From: Octopus vulgaris
Lineage: Eukaryota
Assembly: GCA_951406725.2 (NCBI GenBank)
Contig: OX597826.1
Span: 26,722,001-26,786,000 of the forward strand
Length of the DNA: 64,000 nt
Direction: 5' to 3'
Position numbers and translations under genes: made by a program. The notes under the pieces were generated by a model. That model saw nothing but the letters and a program-made list of their open reading frames with translations, ran no database searches and was not told where the DNA came from. Positions 42,115 through 58,789 of this stretch are shown here, in pieces (position 1 is the stretch's first letter; every line of letters starts with the position of its first letter).

Positions 42115-42381
42115 ATAGGACCCCTTGCACTAGAAGGAACAGCTAAAGTCCAAACCAATAATTAGGGATAAAATTTCGAAGGAAATGAAAAATAAAACTT
42201 TTACCATCTATTTCCTGGACCATGGTTTCAGACTTTATTTAGCAAGTAAAATAATTTGCTAGGCGAAGTTTAAATGTATAGTGTATTTTATATGAATAAT
42301 ATGCATATAGTCTATTGACTAATTTTTCTATTCGCTAGGCCACTGGTGGTAAACATTTCTAAAATCTTTATTACCCTGATA

Positions 42382-42388
<7 letters not shown>
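42115..42388. mobile_element. PLE-type terminal fragment with partial hammerhead
   Basis: Related to 20520-20670 and 33900-34040; minus-strand GAAAC CAUG GUC and helix II present but CUGANGA missing; ends in (TA)n. Confidence 0.55.
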
Positions 42389-42470
<82 letters not shown>

Positions 42471-42514
42471 AATATAATTATGTATATATATATATATATC
42501 TAAGTATACATATA

Positions 42515-42785
42515 TGCAGTCGTGGATATGTGGTAAGAAGTTATCTTTCCAATCACATTGTTCCAGGTTGAGTCCCCCTGCATAGAAACGTCGGCGTGTT
42601 GAACTATAGCCTCGGACTGACCGGCGCCTTGAGAGCGGATTTGGTAGACGGAAAGTGAAAGTGATCGGTCGTACATGTGTATATTTAAGTGTGTGCTTTT
42701 CTGTCTGTACTTGTTCACCATGGCCGCTTCACAAGCGGTGCTCCAGAATGATCGCTGTATATGATTGAAATAAGTAAAAAATAAA

Positions 42786-42787
<2 letters not shown>
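42515..42787 (+). mobile_element. Degenerate SINE family A
   Basis: Head, GGATTTGGTAGACGGAAA body and tail remnants. Confidence 0.7.
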
Positions 42788-42833
<46 letters not shown>

Positions 42834-42839
<6 letters not shown>

Positions 42840-43222
42840 TATATAGAAGGAGCTTCTACAGGACTAGTACTGTTTCATTCAAGAGAAATCTTCAGGAAGC
42901 TATTTAACAAGAATTGTATTAGCATTTATACATTTAGGCAGGTTTAAAGGAGTGGTAGTGGGGGACTTTTTGGGGGTAGGAGCGCAAAATATCATACTTG
43001 GGGGAGTGGTCAAGGAGTCAGTGGTAAGTTAGATGAAAGAATAGATAAATAAAAAAATAAAAAAATAAAAAATATATATAAAAAAATATATATATAAAAA
43101 ATATATATATAAAAAAAGGGGGGGATAGAGTTATAGGTAAATAAGGAGATTCTCACTTATACCTATACACACATGTATACGTATCTACACACACATATAT
43201 ATATACACATATATATATATAT

Positions 43223-43261
<39 letters not shown>

Positions 43262-44145
43262 TACATATACACATATACACACATACATACATATCTACAT
43301 ACACACATACATACACCCGCCCACATATACAAATTTATACACATGCACATGCCTATACCTGTCTACACATACACACACGTATATATGCATACACTCACTC
43401 CCATGCATGCACGCATACACACATGTATATATATATATATACCCACGACCACACATACATATATACACATAAAAATATATATTCATACGCACATACACTC
43501 ATGCACACACAACACACCTAGTTCCCTATATACACATATTTACACCTATATATACATACACCCACATACACCTATGTACATATATATATATATAAACATA
43601 TACACGCATACATATATATACATGTGTGCACATACATACATACACACATATATACATACACATACACATACACATGTGTACCTATACATACCTACACATA
43701 CACACATACATACATACAAATATATATATACATATATATATATATACAATCCAATACAGGCCCATTCCCTAATTTTAATTTTATTATCTTCATTTATTAC
43801 TTTTGTTATCTTTGATCGCTAGAGCTAAGAATCCTGGCAATGGCTGCATGTCCATTTGTCTGTCTACTAGAAGGCAAGTACTCATTCCCGCACGCACACT
43901 CATTAGCACGTACATTCACCCATTCGTACACTCATACACATACACGTACGCACGCGTTATATTCATACATACAAACATCTACATACGTTCACGTATATAC
44001 ACATACGTACTCGTACCTACAGATTCGTGTCTACACTTTAGGAGGCTAGTCTATACATATACACCAATAAATATACATATATATATATATATACACACAT
44101 ATACATACACACACACACATATATACTCCTACATACAGATACATA

Positions 44146-44183
<38 letters not shown>

Positions 44184-44357
44184 CATACACATACACACAT
44201 ACATATACACACACATACATACACATATATATACATACACAAACATATATACACACATATATATATACATACACACATACACACATACATACGTATACAT
44301 ACATACATACATCCATACATCCATACTTACATGCATTTATACGCATACACACACCCA

Positions 44358-44394
<37 letters not shown>

Positions 44395-44431
44395 TCACAC
44401 ATACACTCATACACACATACACACATACACT

Positions 44432-44479
<48 letters not shown>

Positions 44480-44659
44480 TATAGATGGGTGTGTGTATGC
44501 GTATAAATGCATGTAAGTATGGATGTATGGATGTATGTATGTATGTATACGTATGTATGTGTGTATGTGTGTATGTATATATATATGTGTGTATATATGT
44601 TTGTGTATGTATATATATGTGTATGTATGTGTGTGTATATGTATGTGTGTATGTGTATG

Positions 44660-44701
<42 letters not shown>

Positions 44702-45585
44702 TATGTATCTGTATGTAGGAGTATATATGTGTGTGTGTGTATGTATATGTGTGTATATATATATATATATGTATATTTATTGGTGTATATGTATAGACTA
44801 GCCTCCTAAAGTGTAGACACGAATCTGTAGGTACGAGTACGTATGTGTATATACGTGAACGTATGTAGATGTTTGTATGTATGAATATAACGCGTGCGTA
44901 CGTGTATGTGTATGAGTGTACGAATGGGTGAATGTACGTGCTAATGAGTGTGCGTGCGGGAATGAGTACTTGCCTTCTAGTAGACAGACAAATGGACATG
45001 CAGCCATTGCCAGGATTCTTAGCTCTAGCGATCAAAGATAACAAAAGTAATAAATGAAGATAATAAAATTAAAATTAGGGAATGGGCCTGTATTGGATTG
45101 TATATATATATATATGTATATATATATTTGTATGTATGTATGTGTGTATGTGTAGGTATGTATAGGTACACATGTGTATGTGTATGTGTATGTATATATG
45201 TGTGTATGTATGTATGTGCACACATGTATATATATGTATGCGTGTATATGTTTATATATATATATATGTACATAGGTGTATGTGGGTGTATGTATATATA
45301 GGTGTAAATATGTGTATATAGGGAACTAGGTGTGTTGTGTGTGCATGAGTGTATGTGCGTATGAATATATATTTTTATGTGTATATATGTATGTGTGGTC
45401 GTGGGTATATATATATATATACATGTGTGTATGCGTGCATGCATGGGAGTGAGTGTATGCATATATACGTGTGTGTATGTGTAGACAGGTATAGGCATGT
45501 GCATGTGTATAAATTTGTATATGTGGGCGGGTGTATGTATGTGTGTATGTAGATATGTATGTATGTGTGTATATGTGTATATGTA

Positions 45586-45624
<39 letters not shown>

Positions 45625-46079
45625 ATATATATATATATGTGTATATATATGTGTGTGTAGATACGTATACATGTGTGTATAGGTATAAGTGAGAATCTCC
45701 TTATTTACCTATAACTCTATCCCCCCCTTTTTTATATATATATATTTTTATATATATATTTTTTATATATATTTTTTATTTTTTTATTTTTTTATTTATC
45801 TATTCTTTCATCTAACTTACCACTGACTCCTTGACCACTCCCCCAAGTATGATATTTTGCGCTATGCCTACCCCCAAAAAGTCCCCCACTACCACTCCTT
45901 TAAACCTGCCTAAATGTATAAATGCTAATACAATTCTTGTTAAATAGCTTCCTGAAGATTTCTCTTGAATGAAACAGTACTAGTCCTGTAGAAGCTCCTT
46001 CTATATAATAAATTAATTTTACTCTGCTATGTATTGAGTACCTTACTTACTGTGGTTAACCCCGAATCAACCCGGGACC

Positions 46080-46083
<4 letters not shown>
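42834..46083. mobile_element. 3.2-kb palindromic PLE-type fold-back element
   Basis: Arms about 42834-44388 / 44436-46013, near-identical; hammerhead-like motif at both outer ends; one-sided tail 46014-46083; (TA)n flanks. Confidence 0.85.
45946..45996 (+). ncRNA. Hammerhead-like motif (also at 42850-42901 minus and 20391-20441 plus)
   Basis: AGCUUC CUGAAGA uUUC-UCUU-GAAu GAAAC AGUACU A GUC cugua GAAGCU; helix I offset by 5 nt. Confidence 0.6.
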
Positions 46084-46122
<39 letters not shown>

Positions 46123-46124
46123 AG

Positions 46125-46179
<55 letters not shown>

Positions 46180-46189
46180 TGTATATCTA

Positions 46190-46248
<59 letters not shown>

Positions 46249-46889
46249 ATATATATATACATGTATATCAATATCTATATCTATATCTATATATCTATAT
46301 ATCTATATATATATATATATATGTTTCTTTCTGAAATTTGAGAAAGAAAAACTCATTATATTTTTCTTTATAAAACTTAATTGCATGGAACTGATAACAC
46401 AAAATTCCTCGAATTGAGCTCTATCATTTGAGTTTAATTAAAACATAGTTTGTTTTAAGAATAAAAAAGTTAATTATAATTTCATCCATTTTTTTACCAT
46501 ATATTTTTCATTATATCTTACCTCACAACTTTTTTAACACAAATTTTTGTTGCATGGGACAAAAATTATGAAATTCATCATGCTTTCTTGTATCATTGAA
46601 GCTCAGATAAATGTATTTTACTTTTACAATAAAAAAATTGTTTAAAACTAAACTTGATTGGGGGCGTTACTTACTCTCCTATAACGTTGGTACAAATTTT
46701 GATGCAATTTTTTTCTACCGAACGAAATATTAATTTTTGTTTATACCAAAATTTTGCTATGGATGAGTCATCTTCAAAAATGTCAACAATTTTTAATTTA
46801 GTGAGTAAACTGAGCGTAGTTGAATGATACATACATACATGCACACATACACACACACATACATATATATATGTATATGTATATATATA

Positions 46890-47660
46890 AAACAAAGTAA
46901 GTTAGGCGTTATGGGTGCAACCCACTAAGGTACAGTATTTATCCAATATATTGTTGGTAAAGTACCCACATTCTTAATACATAGATGTTTTTAATTGCAA
47001 TACAATTAACTTATTTATTGTATTAATCGCGTGAAGGTAAAGAAATATTTTACCATTAATTTATACTACAAATAAGAAAATGGAGAAACAATTTAGTTGG
47101 TTCATCAACTTTCAGATATTAGAATGTTGAATTATTTATTCATTTAACAACATGAGAATATTAATAGCATACATATATATCTTATAATTCAATACATATA
47201 AGATAAGAATAGAAATTATAAAATCATAATATTAATTATTGAAATCATTAAAATCACTCCTTATAGCTGTTTCAGCCTATGGTTAAAAGTAGTTATTTTA
47301 ATTTTTATTGCCTATAGTTGTCAATTTTATTGAGGTTGTAAGCATTTAAAAATAGGGTACTTATATATATAACTATAGGCCTCGGCAGAGATTATAAAGA
47401 ACTTTAAAAATATTAATACATGAAACAGGATACACGTATAATTTAATATATATATGAAAATATGGACAAATATCTTTATAGATTTATACATATATACACA
47501 TATACATACATAAGCAGAGTGTATATACTTTTACATGTATAAAAATACATAAACACAATTAAACAATAGGTCCAAGTAAATATACCATTCGTCATATACA
47601 TATAAATATACATATATACTGGAACATATAAACACGTCTATGCTCATGACTACATAAACA
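46890..47660 (-). mobile_element. Probable PLE 3' end
   Basis: AT-rich segment containing a degenerate hammerhead at 47258-47390 and ending at a TA microsatellite. Confidence 0.5.
47258..47390 (-). ncRNA. Degenerate hammerhead with long helix II
   Basis: CU CUGcCGA GGCCUAUAGUU...AACCAUAGGCU GAAAC AGCU aUA AG. Confidence 0.55.
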
Positions 47661-47696
47661 CTAATCAATTATTAATATTATTATTATTATTATTAT

Positions 47697-48250
47697 TGAG
47701 TGAGAGAGCAGTGCATGCCATCAAAGTGACACTGGGGTAAAATATACGAAGCCCAATATACCCATCATGACTACCCGTCTGATAAAGGTACACCAGGCAC
47801 ATGCATCACAACCATATGTGCGCGACATGGTGATCTCATATCAAGATAAACAGCACATGACCTTGCAGGTGGGGCCCAGTTAGAATTTTCTTCAGGTTGA
47901 GTAGCCCATCCCGCTCAAAAGGTCCCTGAATAAGGGTTGTTTAAGGATGTTGAAAGAACCACCCATGTTTCCAGAGGTGATTATTCAAACCTCCAAGAAT
48001 CCCTCTCAACACATGGCTATGATGCTCCCCACTACTTCTGCTCGTGATCAGAGATGCACATATCGTCAGCCCCTAAGGGACATGCTCAACTGGTTAAGGT
48101 CAAACAACTGACAAGCAAATCTGTGGTATTGAGCAGAATATTTGCTGTAGCCCATCTTTTATACCAAGACAAAACAATGTACATGATAACACTTCCAGTC
48201 AGTTAAAATCAGAGGCCATGAGAGCCACTGCCTGGTACTGCATCAGGGCA
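47697..48250. mobile_element. Non-coding insert bounded by (ATT)n on both sides, probably an AAT-targeted retroelement 3' region
   Basis: Sharp boundaries within ATT arrays, same array polarity as the adjacent Dong copies; no ORF. Confidence 0.5.
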
Positions 48251-48387
<137 letters not shown>

Positions 48388-48423
48388 TACTACTACTATT
48401 ATTATTATTATTATTATTATTAC

Positions 48424-48486
<63 letters not shown>

Positions 48487-48509
48487 TACTACTACTACTA
48501 CTACTACTA

Positions 48510-48540
<31 letters not shown>

Positions 48541-48544
48541 TATT

Positions 48545-48707
48545 CAGTAGTTTTATTTTTATAGCGTGCTTTCACTTCACTACCGAGCGCAGCTCTGTGT
48601 GCCTTGGGTATGTGCTGTGATTTGTTGTGATGCTCTGATGGTTATTGTATGGAAAGTGCTCTGCGTAGGATGTGTGCAGTGCCTAGTAGTGCAATTTTCT
48701 GTATGAT
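48545..48707 (-). mobile_element. Short R4/Dong-type 3' fragment, distinct subfamily
   Basis: IIQKIALLGTAHILRRALSIQ* plus its own 3' UTR, within (AAT)n. Confidence 0.8.
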
Positions 48708-48763
<56 letters not shown>

Positions 48764-48764
<1 letters not shown>

Positions 48765-50281
48765 TATGTTTGACTTTTGCTTTATATTTGTACAAGTTGG
48801 CTCCAAGTCTCACCCAGAGACCTCAAGAGACAACAGGGTTGGAAGTTCATGTTGTTGTTATGCCTAGTGTGCCATATATTTGGGGGGTGGGGATGTTGTA
48901 CTAATGAATGTCTAAAAAAAAAGTTTTTTTTTTTTTTTTTTTAACCGAAAATTATGGTTGTTTTAAACCTTGAGGTTACATAGAGAGTATTTTGCGTAGG
49001 ATATGAGCAGTTCCCATGAGCACTATCTTTTGAACTTCTGCCATTTTTGGGTTTCCTGGTATCTGAGTTAGGTAGCTATCAGCCCCTTTTGCTATCATTC
49101 CCAGGGCACCTATGACAACAGGTATTGTTTTAGTCTTCAGCTTCCACATTTTGCTGATTTCTATTTCAAGATCTTTATATTTGCTCAGTTTTTGGTAGGT
49201 CTTGACAGATACGTTTATATCGATTGGGACAGTCATATCAATGAGGAGGCATGTTCTTTGTTTGAAGTCTTTCAATATGATGTCTGGCCTATTTGCATCT
49301 ATCTTCCTGTCAGTTTGAATGGTGAAGTTCCAGAGGAGTGAGATGTGGTCATTTTCAAGCACTGGGGGTGGTTTGTGTTCCCACCAGTTTTTTTCATGGG
49401 GCAAATCCAGGTTTTTACAGATTACCCAGTGAATATATTGTGCAGCTCTATCGTGCCTGTTGAGATACTCTGTAGGCGCTAGAAGACTGCACTTGGAGAC
49501 CACATGGTCAATGGTTTCATTTTGTTGCTTGCATACACGACACGTTGGACTGCTTCTGATCTTTAATATGTTGGCCTGGTAGTTTCTTGTTGGTAGGCAT
49601 TGATCTTGAGCTGCTATGATAAACCCCTCTGTTTCAGATTTTAAGCCAGAGGCCATTAGCCATTGATGGGTCAGGGCTTTGTCGATATCTGCATTATTCG
49701 CTCTCTTTGGGTATTTGCCATAGAGAGGTTTTTCTTGCCATTTATTATTCAGAATATCTAAGGCCGCAGTTTTGGCACGGGTTTTCATGCGCCTAGCTTT
49801 TTCTGTGCTTGTTTCTTGTATGTCTATCTCTAATTCCGAAATTGGTTGTATTCGGAATTCACTTAGATATTCCTTTGCCTGTTTTGTGACTGAGTATGAT
49901 GCTTTCTTGTTTTCATGTTTTGAGACAAGTTTTAACATCCAGTCCTCAGAGTTTTTCAGGTAGGTGTCTAGGCCAATTGTAGCAATCTTCATTGTTATTG
50001 CCAGTTGCAAAAGACCACGGCCTCCCTCTTTTCTTGGCAGATAGAGTCGTTCTGTATCTGCCTTAGGGTGGTGCATTCTATGCATTGTCAACAGTTTCCT
50101 TATTTTTCTGTCGAGCTGACATATTTCAGTAATTGACCAGTTAACAATATTGAAACTGTAAGTCACGACTGGTATAGCTAATGCATTGATTGCTTCGATC
50201 CTGTTTCTTGCATTCAGCTCTGTCTTGAGTATTACTCTCACTCTTCGATAGCATTCTCTCCTGATCCTTTCCTTCATCTCT
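48764..50281 (-). mobile_element. 5'-truncated R4/Dong-type non-LTR retrotransposon
   Basis: Intact ORF 3' part plus ~210-bp 3' UTR; (AAT)n at both ends. Confidence 0.92.
48976..50280 (-). CDS. Retrotransposon ORF C-terminal part: RT thumb, CCHC zinc finger, restriction-like endonuclease
   Basis: RLYLPRKEGGRGL, CRVCKQQNETIDHVVSKC, YLNRHD, NRPDII..LIDMTVP..KLSKY; the poly-Ile N-terminus in the ORF track is microsatellite. Confidence 0.92.
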   Translation of the reverse strand, partial: EMKERIRRECYRRVRVILKTELNARNRIEAINALAIPVVTYSFNIVNWSITEICQLDRKIRKLLTMHRMHHPKADTERLYLPRKEGGRGLLQLAITMKIATIGLDTYLKNSEDWMLKLVSKHENKKASYSVTKQAKEYLSEFRIQPISELEIDIQETSTEKARRMKTRAKTAALDILNNKWQEKPLYGKYPKRANNADIDKALTHQWLMASGLKSETEGFIIAAQDQCLPTRNYQANILKIRSSPTCRVCKQQNETIDHVVSKCSLLAPTEYLNRHDRAAQYIHWVICKNLDLPHEKNWWEHKPPPVLENDHISLLWNFTIQTDRKIDANRPDIILKDFKQRTCLLIDMTVPIDINVSVKTYQKLSKYKDLEIEISKMWKLKTKTIPVVIGALGMIAKGADSYLTQIPGNPKMAEVQKIVLMGTAHILRKILSM

Positions 50282-51676
<1,395 letters not shown>

Positions 51677-51679
51677 ATT

Positions 51680-52530
51680 CCACGTCTGACCCTTGCCCCA
51701 TATTTGCACAAGTTGCCTCCAAGCCCCACCCAGAGACCTCAAGAGACAACAGGGTTGGAAGTTCATGTTGTTGTTATGCCTAGTGTGCCATATATTTGGG
51801 GGGTGGGGATGTTGTACTAATGAATGTCTAAAAAAGTTTTTTTTTTTTTAAATCGAAAATTATGTTTGTTTTAAACCTTGAGATTACATAGAGAGTATTT
51901 TGCGTAGGATATGAGCAGTTCCCATGAGCACTATCTTTTGAACTTCTGCCATTTTTGGGTTTCCTGGTATCTGAGTTAGGTAGCTATCAACCCCTTTTGC
52001 TATCATTCCCAGGGCACCTATGACAACAGGTATTGTTTTAGTCTTCAGCTTCCACATTTTGCTGATTTCTATTTCAAGATCTTTATATTTGCTCAGTTTT
52101 TGGTAGGTCTTGACAGATACGTTTATATCGATTGGGACAGTCATATCAATGAGGAGGCATGTTCTTTGTTTGAAGTCTTTCAATATGATGTCTGGCCTAT
52201 TTGCATCTATCTTCCTGTCAGTTTGAATGGTGAAGTTCCAGAGGAGTGAGATGTGGTCATTTTCAAGCACTGGGGGTGGTTTGTGTTCCCACCAGTTTTT
52301 TCATGGGGCAAATCCAGGTTTTTACAGATTACCCAGTGAATATATTGTGCAGCTCTATCGTGCCTGTTGAGATACTCTGTAGGCGCTAGAAGACTGCACT
52401 TGGAGACCACATGGTCAATGGTTTCATTTTGTTGCTTGCATACACGACACGTTGGACTGCTTCTGATCTTTAATATGTTGGCCTGGTAGTTTCTTGTTGG
52501 TAGGCATTGATCTTGAGCTGCTATGATAAA
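51680..52530 (-). mobile_element. Second, shorter copy of the same R4/Dong element
   Basis: Near-identical to 48764-49623; 1-bp deletion in a T-run near 52300 frameshifts it. Confidence 0.92.
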
Positions 52531-52592
<62 letters not shown>

Positions 52593-52693
52593 TATTTATA
52601 GTAATCTTCACTTGAAAATACATATAATAGATTCTAATATACCAAATATTACGATACAAGATAAACAATCCACAATCCATACAAATATATATA

Positions 52694-52755
<62 letters not shown>

Positions 52756-53230
52756 ATATATATGTATATAAATATATAAAAAAAACATACAGTTAGACTA
52801 TGGTTTTCAGTATATAGTTCTTCTTAATACATATCAATATGGGGATTTTTCCTTTTCGTCAAAGTTGAAATTAAAATTATACTTATATTTGTATTAATAT
52901 AGTATCGTAGAATAATTCCACAAAAAAGTTTTTTCAAATTATAAAGCATTTGATTATGTATGATAGATAAGCTATAATAGGTATGCTATATGTTATATTA
53001 ATGTTTTAGAGTTTCAAAATTATTGGGGGTAAGGGAGCGATTATTTTAAATCATAAGCTACTTCTAATTGGCTAACACATTTGAATTTCTAGGCTTCATT
53101 TACTGTTAGTTAAATATATATAGAATCCGTCACTTGCTATATATAGCTTTCAACTTCTTGAAGTCACTAATATTCTGTTTGCATCCTTCAGAATAAAAAT
53201 GATAACCTAACTTCCATAAGCTCATAAATA

Positions 53231-53332
53231 ACCCTGAAGTAATACTACCCGTATAGTTAGAACACGATACTGTTCTTAGCGTTTAACCAAGTGCTTAGAA
53301 CTTCTGATCAGGACTGAAACATATATGTAGGT
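53231..53332 (+). ncRNA. Degenerate hammerhead-like motif in a probable PLE 3' end (about 52780-53440)
   Basis: ACC CUGAAGu ... GAAAC AUAUAU GUA GGU; palindromic loop III and a 3-bp helix I. Confidence 0.45.
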
Positions 53333-53464
53333 ACCTTCATTTTACTTTTTCGAGCTTTACAACTTGTAATCAATTAAGTTTAACAGTTATGTTTTCTAAA
53401 AGAAATTTTTATAAGGTACAAATAATCTATACAAAAAAAATTGTGCATATACATTATACATACA

Positions 53465-53608
<144 letters not shown>

Positions 53609-53613
53609 CACAT

Positions 53614-53654
<41 letters not shown>

Positions 53655-53719
53655 AATATGTACACACATACACACACACGCAAATATATATATGTATGTG
53701 TGAGAATATGCAGAAAGTA

Positions 53720-53935
53720 AAAGGCGGTGAGTTGGTAGAAACGTTAGCACGCCGGACGAAATGCTTAGCAGTTTTTCGTCTGTCATTATGTTCTGAGTTT
53801 AAATTCCGCCGAGGTCGACTTTGACTTTCATCCTTTCTGGGTCAATAAATTAAGTACCAGTTGCGTACTGGAATCGATCTAATCGACTGACCCCCTCCTC
53901 ACAAAATTTCGGGCCTTGTGCCTAGAGTAGAAGAG
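53720..53935 (+). mobile_element. SINE family B
   Basis: Full head and body. Confidence 0.88.
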
Positions 53936-54036
53936 AATATTCAGAATGTCAGACGGAGTTACAGAAAGCGAGAGAGAGAAAGAGATGTGGAAAGGAAAGA
54001 CATAGATATCCACAAAACTTGTACATGTGTGTTGTG

Positions 54037-54140
<104 letters not shown>

Positions 54141-55049
54141 CATGTACATACAGAGATAGATTCATAGATAAAGCTATAGATATACCATAGGTGTATGGGG
54201 CCATCTCGTATTTGTAAATGAAAGTGCATATATTAATGGATCTAAAGTCATTTATTAGAAGAGAAATGCTTGGAATAAACATACATGCATAAACACACAC
54301 ACACACGCTCATATATACACACACATGCACACACAAACACACAAATATACATAATCGCGCCACTCACAATCTTAAAAGAAAAAATAATAAAAGGAAAATA
54401 AATAACAGAAGAATAAGTGAAGACAAAAGTTAAAAGAAATATGCAGGTAGATGCTGAGTTATTAGGCGGTCACATCCAGGTCTGAGTCGATGTTTGATCA
54501 TTACGTGCAGAAATACTAATCACACGATACAAAATGCTTAAGATAAAAGACAAATTTAGCAAATAGGTAAGTTTCCCTTATTTAATATTTCCTTTCAGAA
54601 GAACGATTAATAATAATCTGTCAGGAATAACAGCAATTCCTTAGAAGTACATCTTAAGATTAATCTTCAAATTTCCTCGTTTATAAATTGACCATTTCTT
54701 GGGTTCTAAGAAAAGCTAATATCATCTCGGATCGTTTAGTGAGTAATTGTGTACGAATATATTTATATATATATATATGCATTAAACATGTATATGTATA
54801 TATGTATATATGTGTAATATATTATATTTGTATATAAGATATAAGTATGTATATAACTCATATAGTGTTTCTTTTGATCCTCATTCGTTTTTATTTATTC
54901 ATTCATTCATACGGTTATTCCTCTTTCTTCCTTTCTATCTTTCGTTGACTCTTTCATAATTTCTTTTCCATTTTTCTTCATAAGCAGCCATTCATACACG
55001 CATACATACGTGCCTACCTATGCATAAACATATGCATGCATATACACAC

Positions 55050-55161
<112 letters not shown>

Positions 55162-55569
55162 CAATACACATGTGTAAGCTTATATAATTTGTCTTTTATT
55201 TTCACGGCCATATTTTCTCTCCTCTTTTTTTCTTCATCCTATTTTTCTTTCTTCATTTATATATATATATATATGGCTTGGATATTTCTACTAGTAAGAA
55301 GTGAAAAGTCAGTAGCTTAATGTTTTCTCGTTAACTGCTATATTAGCTATTAAGAAATGACTGATCACAGAAGGAAAATAATATTCTCTGACGTCACATC
55401 ACATATTTATCAACATCACATAACTTTATACTGATTTTCCTCCCGATTGATAATCCTCGACGCTTACGATTTCCTTTTAATATTAGCATAATTATTATTA
55501 ATAGTAAAAACATTCTTCTTATTTTTTTCCTCTTCTTTCTCGTTTTTGTCACTTTTTCTTCTCTGGTAT

Positions 55570-56120
<551 letters not shown>

Positions 56121-56479
56121 TTGAAATTAATAATTTTCTTATTATTATCGTTATTTTTCATTATCAATGCCATCATTATTTATTGTTAATATTGTTTATA
56201 TTGTTATGTTTATTGCTTTTCTGGAATTAATGCTAAATTTTATTTCGATTCTTCGTATCGCTTTTATTATTAGCACTAGCATTTTTAATAATATAGTTAC
56301 TCCCATGATCATAACCACCGTCACCGGCATCGTCATCGTCATCTACTCATGGACGCTCTCGATGTCGTTATCATCATCAGCAGTAGGAACATCATCATCA
56401 TCAGTATTATCATCATTATTATTATCATTATTATCATCGTCGTCGGCTTTATCATCATCGTCCTCATCACCATAACTAC

Positions 56480-56945
56480 GTCACCACCGACACCACCAGC
56501 ATCACCATCACCACCACAATCATTATCATCATGGCCTTACCACCACCACCACCACCACCACCAAAAACAACAACAACAACAACATCATCATCATCATCAA
56601 TTAATGTTATTATGCACGTCACCACCACCATCATCGTCACCATCATCGCCACCATCATCGCCAACACTGACACCACCATCATCAAGGCCTTGCCCACCAC
56701 CGCCACCACTACCAACATCATCATCGACTTAATCATCATCATCATTAATATTACTATGCACATCACCAGCACCATCATCGCCAACACCACCACAATCATT
56801 ATCATCATCGCCGCCATCATCGCCACCGCCACCACCTCAATCATTACCATAATTGCCTTACCCACCACCACCACCACCACCACCAATGGCTTCATCATCA
56901 TCATCGCCATAAGCATCACCATCATTAAGGTTATTATGCACGTGA
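56480..56945 (+). repeat. Higher-order ~160-bp triplication in a degenerate (CAT/CAC)n field
   Basis: GCCTT.CC(C)ACC and TTA.TATGCAC each recur three times. Confidence 0.7.
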
Positions 56946-57275
56946 AGAAATTCCTTTTTTCTTGGCAATATTCATTTTTATTTATTTCAGCAACACTCGG
57001 ATATGTTTCCCGTCTTGCATCCGATAACATACCAGTGCAGCATCTACAGCCGCGCCAATACGATGCTGATTATTGACTACCTGATTTCAGATATTCTGTG
57101 ATCTCTAAGACTCGCCATTTACAGTGAAATTACCAACTCTCAGAGAAATATTCACGTAATAATATTCTTACTGAAAGGTCACTGAACGAGCAGCCATCTA
57201 ACGAAATCTGCCAGAGCTGGAGTTATACAGAGAAACACATACGCAAGCATATACATGGTAATATATATGCCAATA

Positions 57276-57311
<36 letters not shown>

Positions 57312-57559
57312 CACACACATACATATGTATATGTATGTATACATTTGTATATATGCATGTGTATATGGGTGTATATATATATATATATATATATGTGTGT
57401 ATGTGTGTGTGTGTGTGTGTGTGTGTATGTATATGCAATCGTATATGCAAACACGTAGGAATCTATAAATATTCATACATATAGAGACACACAATATTCC
57501 TACATTTACAAATATGTATAAAGATATACATCTACATATATACATATAAACATTCATTC

Positions 57560-57601
<42 letters not shown>

Positions 57602-57603
57602 TG

Positions 57604-57655
<52 letters not shown>

Positions 57656-57790
57656 ATATATATATATATGCATATATATTTATAGGTATATACATATTCA
57701 TACAGACAAGAAGAGAAAGAGTAACACGCAGATATAAAAGTGCGCCATGCCTGTATATATAAATACATGCGTGTATATACATATATATAA

Positions 57791-57834
<44 letters not shown>

Positions 57835-58103
57835 GTGTGTGTTTGTATGTATATATGTATGAATGTATATTTGCGAAAAGCAGTGAAAACGTTACCTATC
57901 GCCGATGTTATATAAGACTGAAGTAGTGAAAGACCAAATACTTTGTGGTTGTTTGTAATGATATCTGACATAAGTTCGGGTTTTATTGCTTGCAAAAGGA
58001 AAGATAATGGGCGAAAATGTGAAATAACCATGACTCACAAGAAGCGTAACGCATTATATAATTAAGCACCATAAGTATATATGGACGTGCATACATACAT
58101 ACA

Positions 58104-58160
<57 letters not shown>

Positions 58161-58192
58161 TATTTATTGACATATTGTGCACGTATATTGAT

Positions 58193-58239
<47 letters not shown>

Positions 58240-58789
58240 TACATGTATATATGTATGATGTATGTTTACATTCATAGTTACCTACCTATGTACAATTCAT
58301 ACATGCAAACCTCTGGGCGCACAGAAATTTTTCTGTACACTACATCTATCTCTGTTTTATACTGCGTACGCATACACACGCATGCACATAGACGCACATC
58401 AATCCACATGCATACAAACACAAACCACATATATATAATATATAATATATAATACACACATAGACACACAGACATACACACACGCACATAAAATTGTGTG
58501 AGTTTAGAGAAATATATTATCCGGGCGGATACCGTGGTGGATCTCGGGTATGTTCCAGGTTATGGTTAACCGCATCGATTATTAGTTAACGTCTATGACT
58601 ACTGTGAGTTGTAAATCACACTGTAAATTACATAGATGGTTAAATCTGTGTTCGCTTCTCAGGATCGTAATATTATCTGGAGTGTATATTAGCGACAATT
58701 ACAGATAATATGGAGACCAGTACATCCTGAAAATTTACTTCCTTTTAATTTACAGTTTCATGCAGCATAGTTTCATCTTTATTATGATC

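Noticed and set aside
43803-45044. Duplicated 237/235-aa ORF pair on opposite strands
   Set aside because: A consequence of the palindrome; mostly low-complexity
54449-54572. Plus-strand exon ending at AG|GTAAGT
   Set aside because: No polypyrimidine acceptor and no convincing open frame
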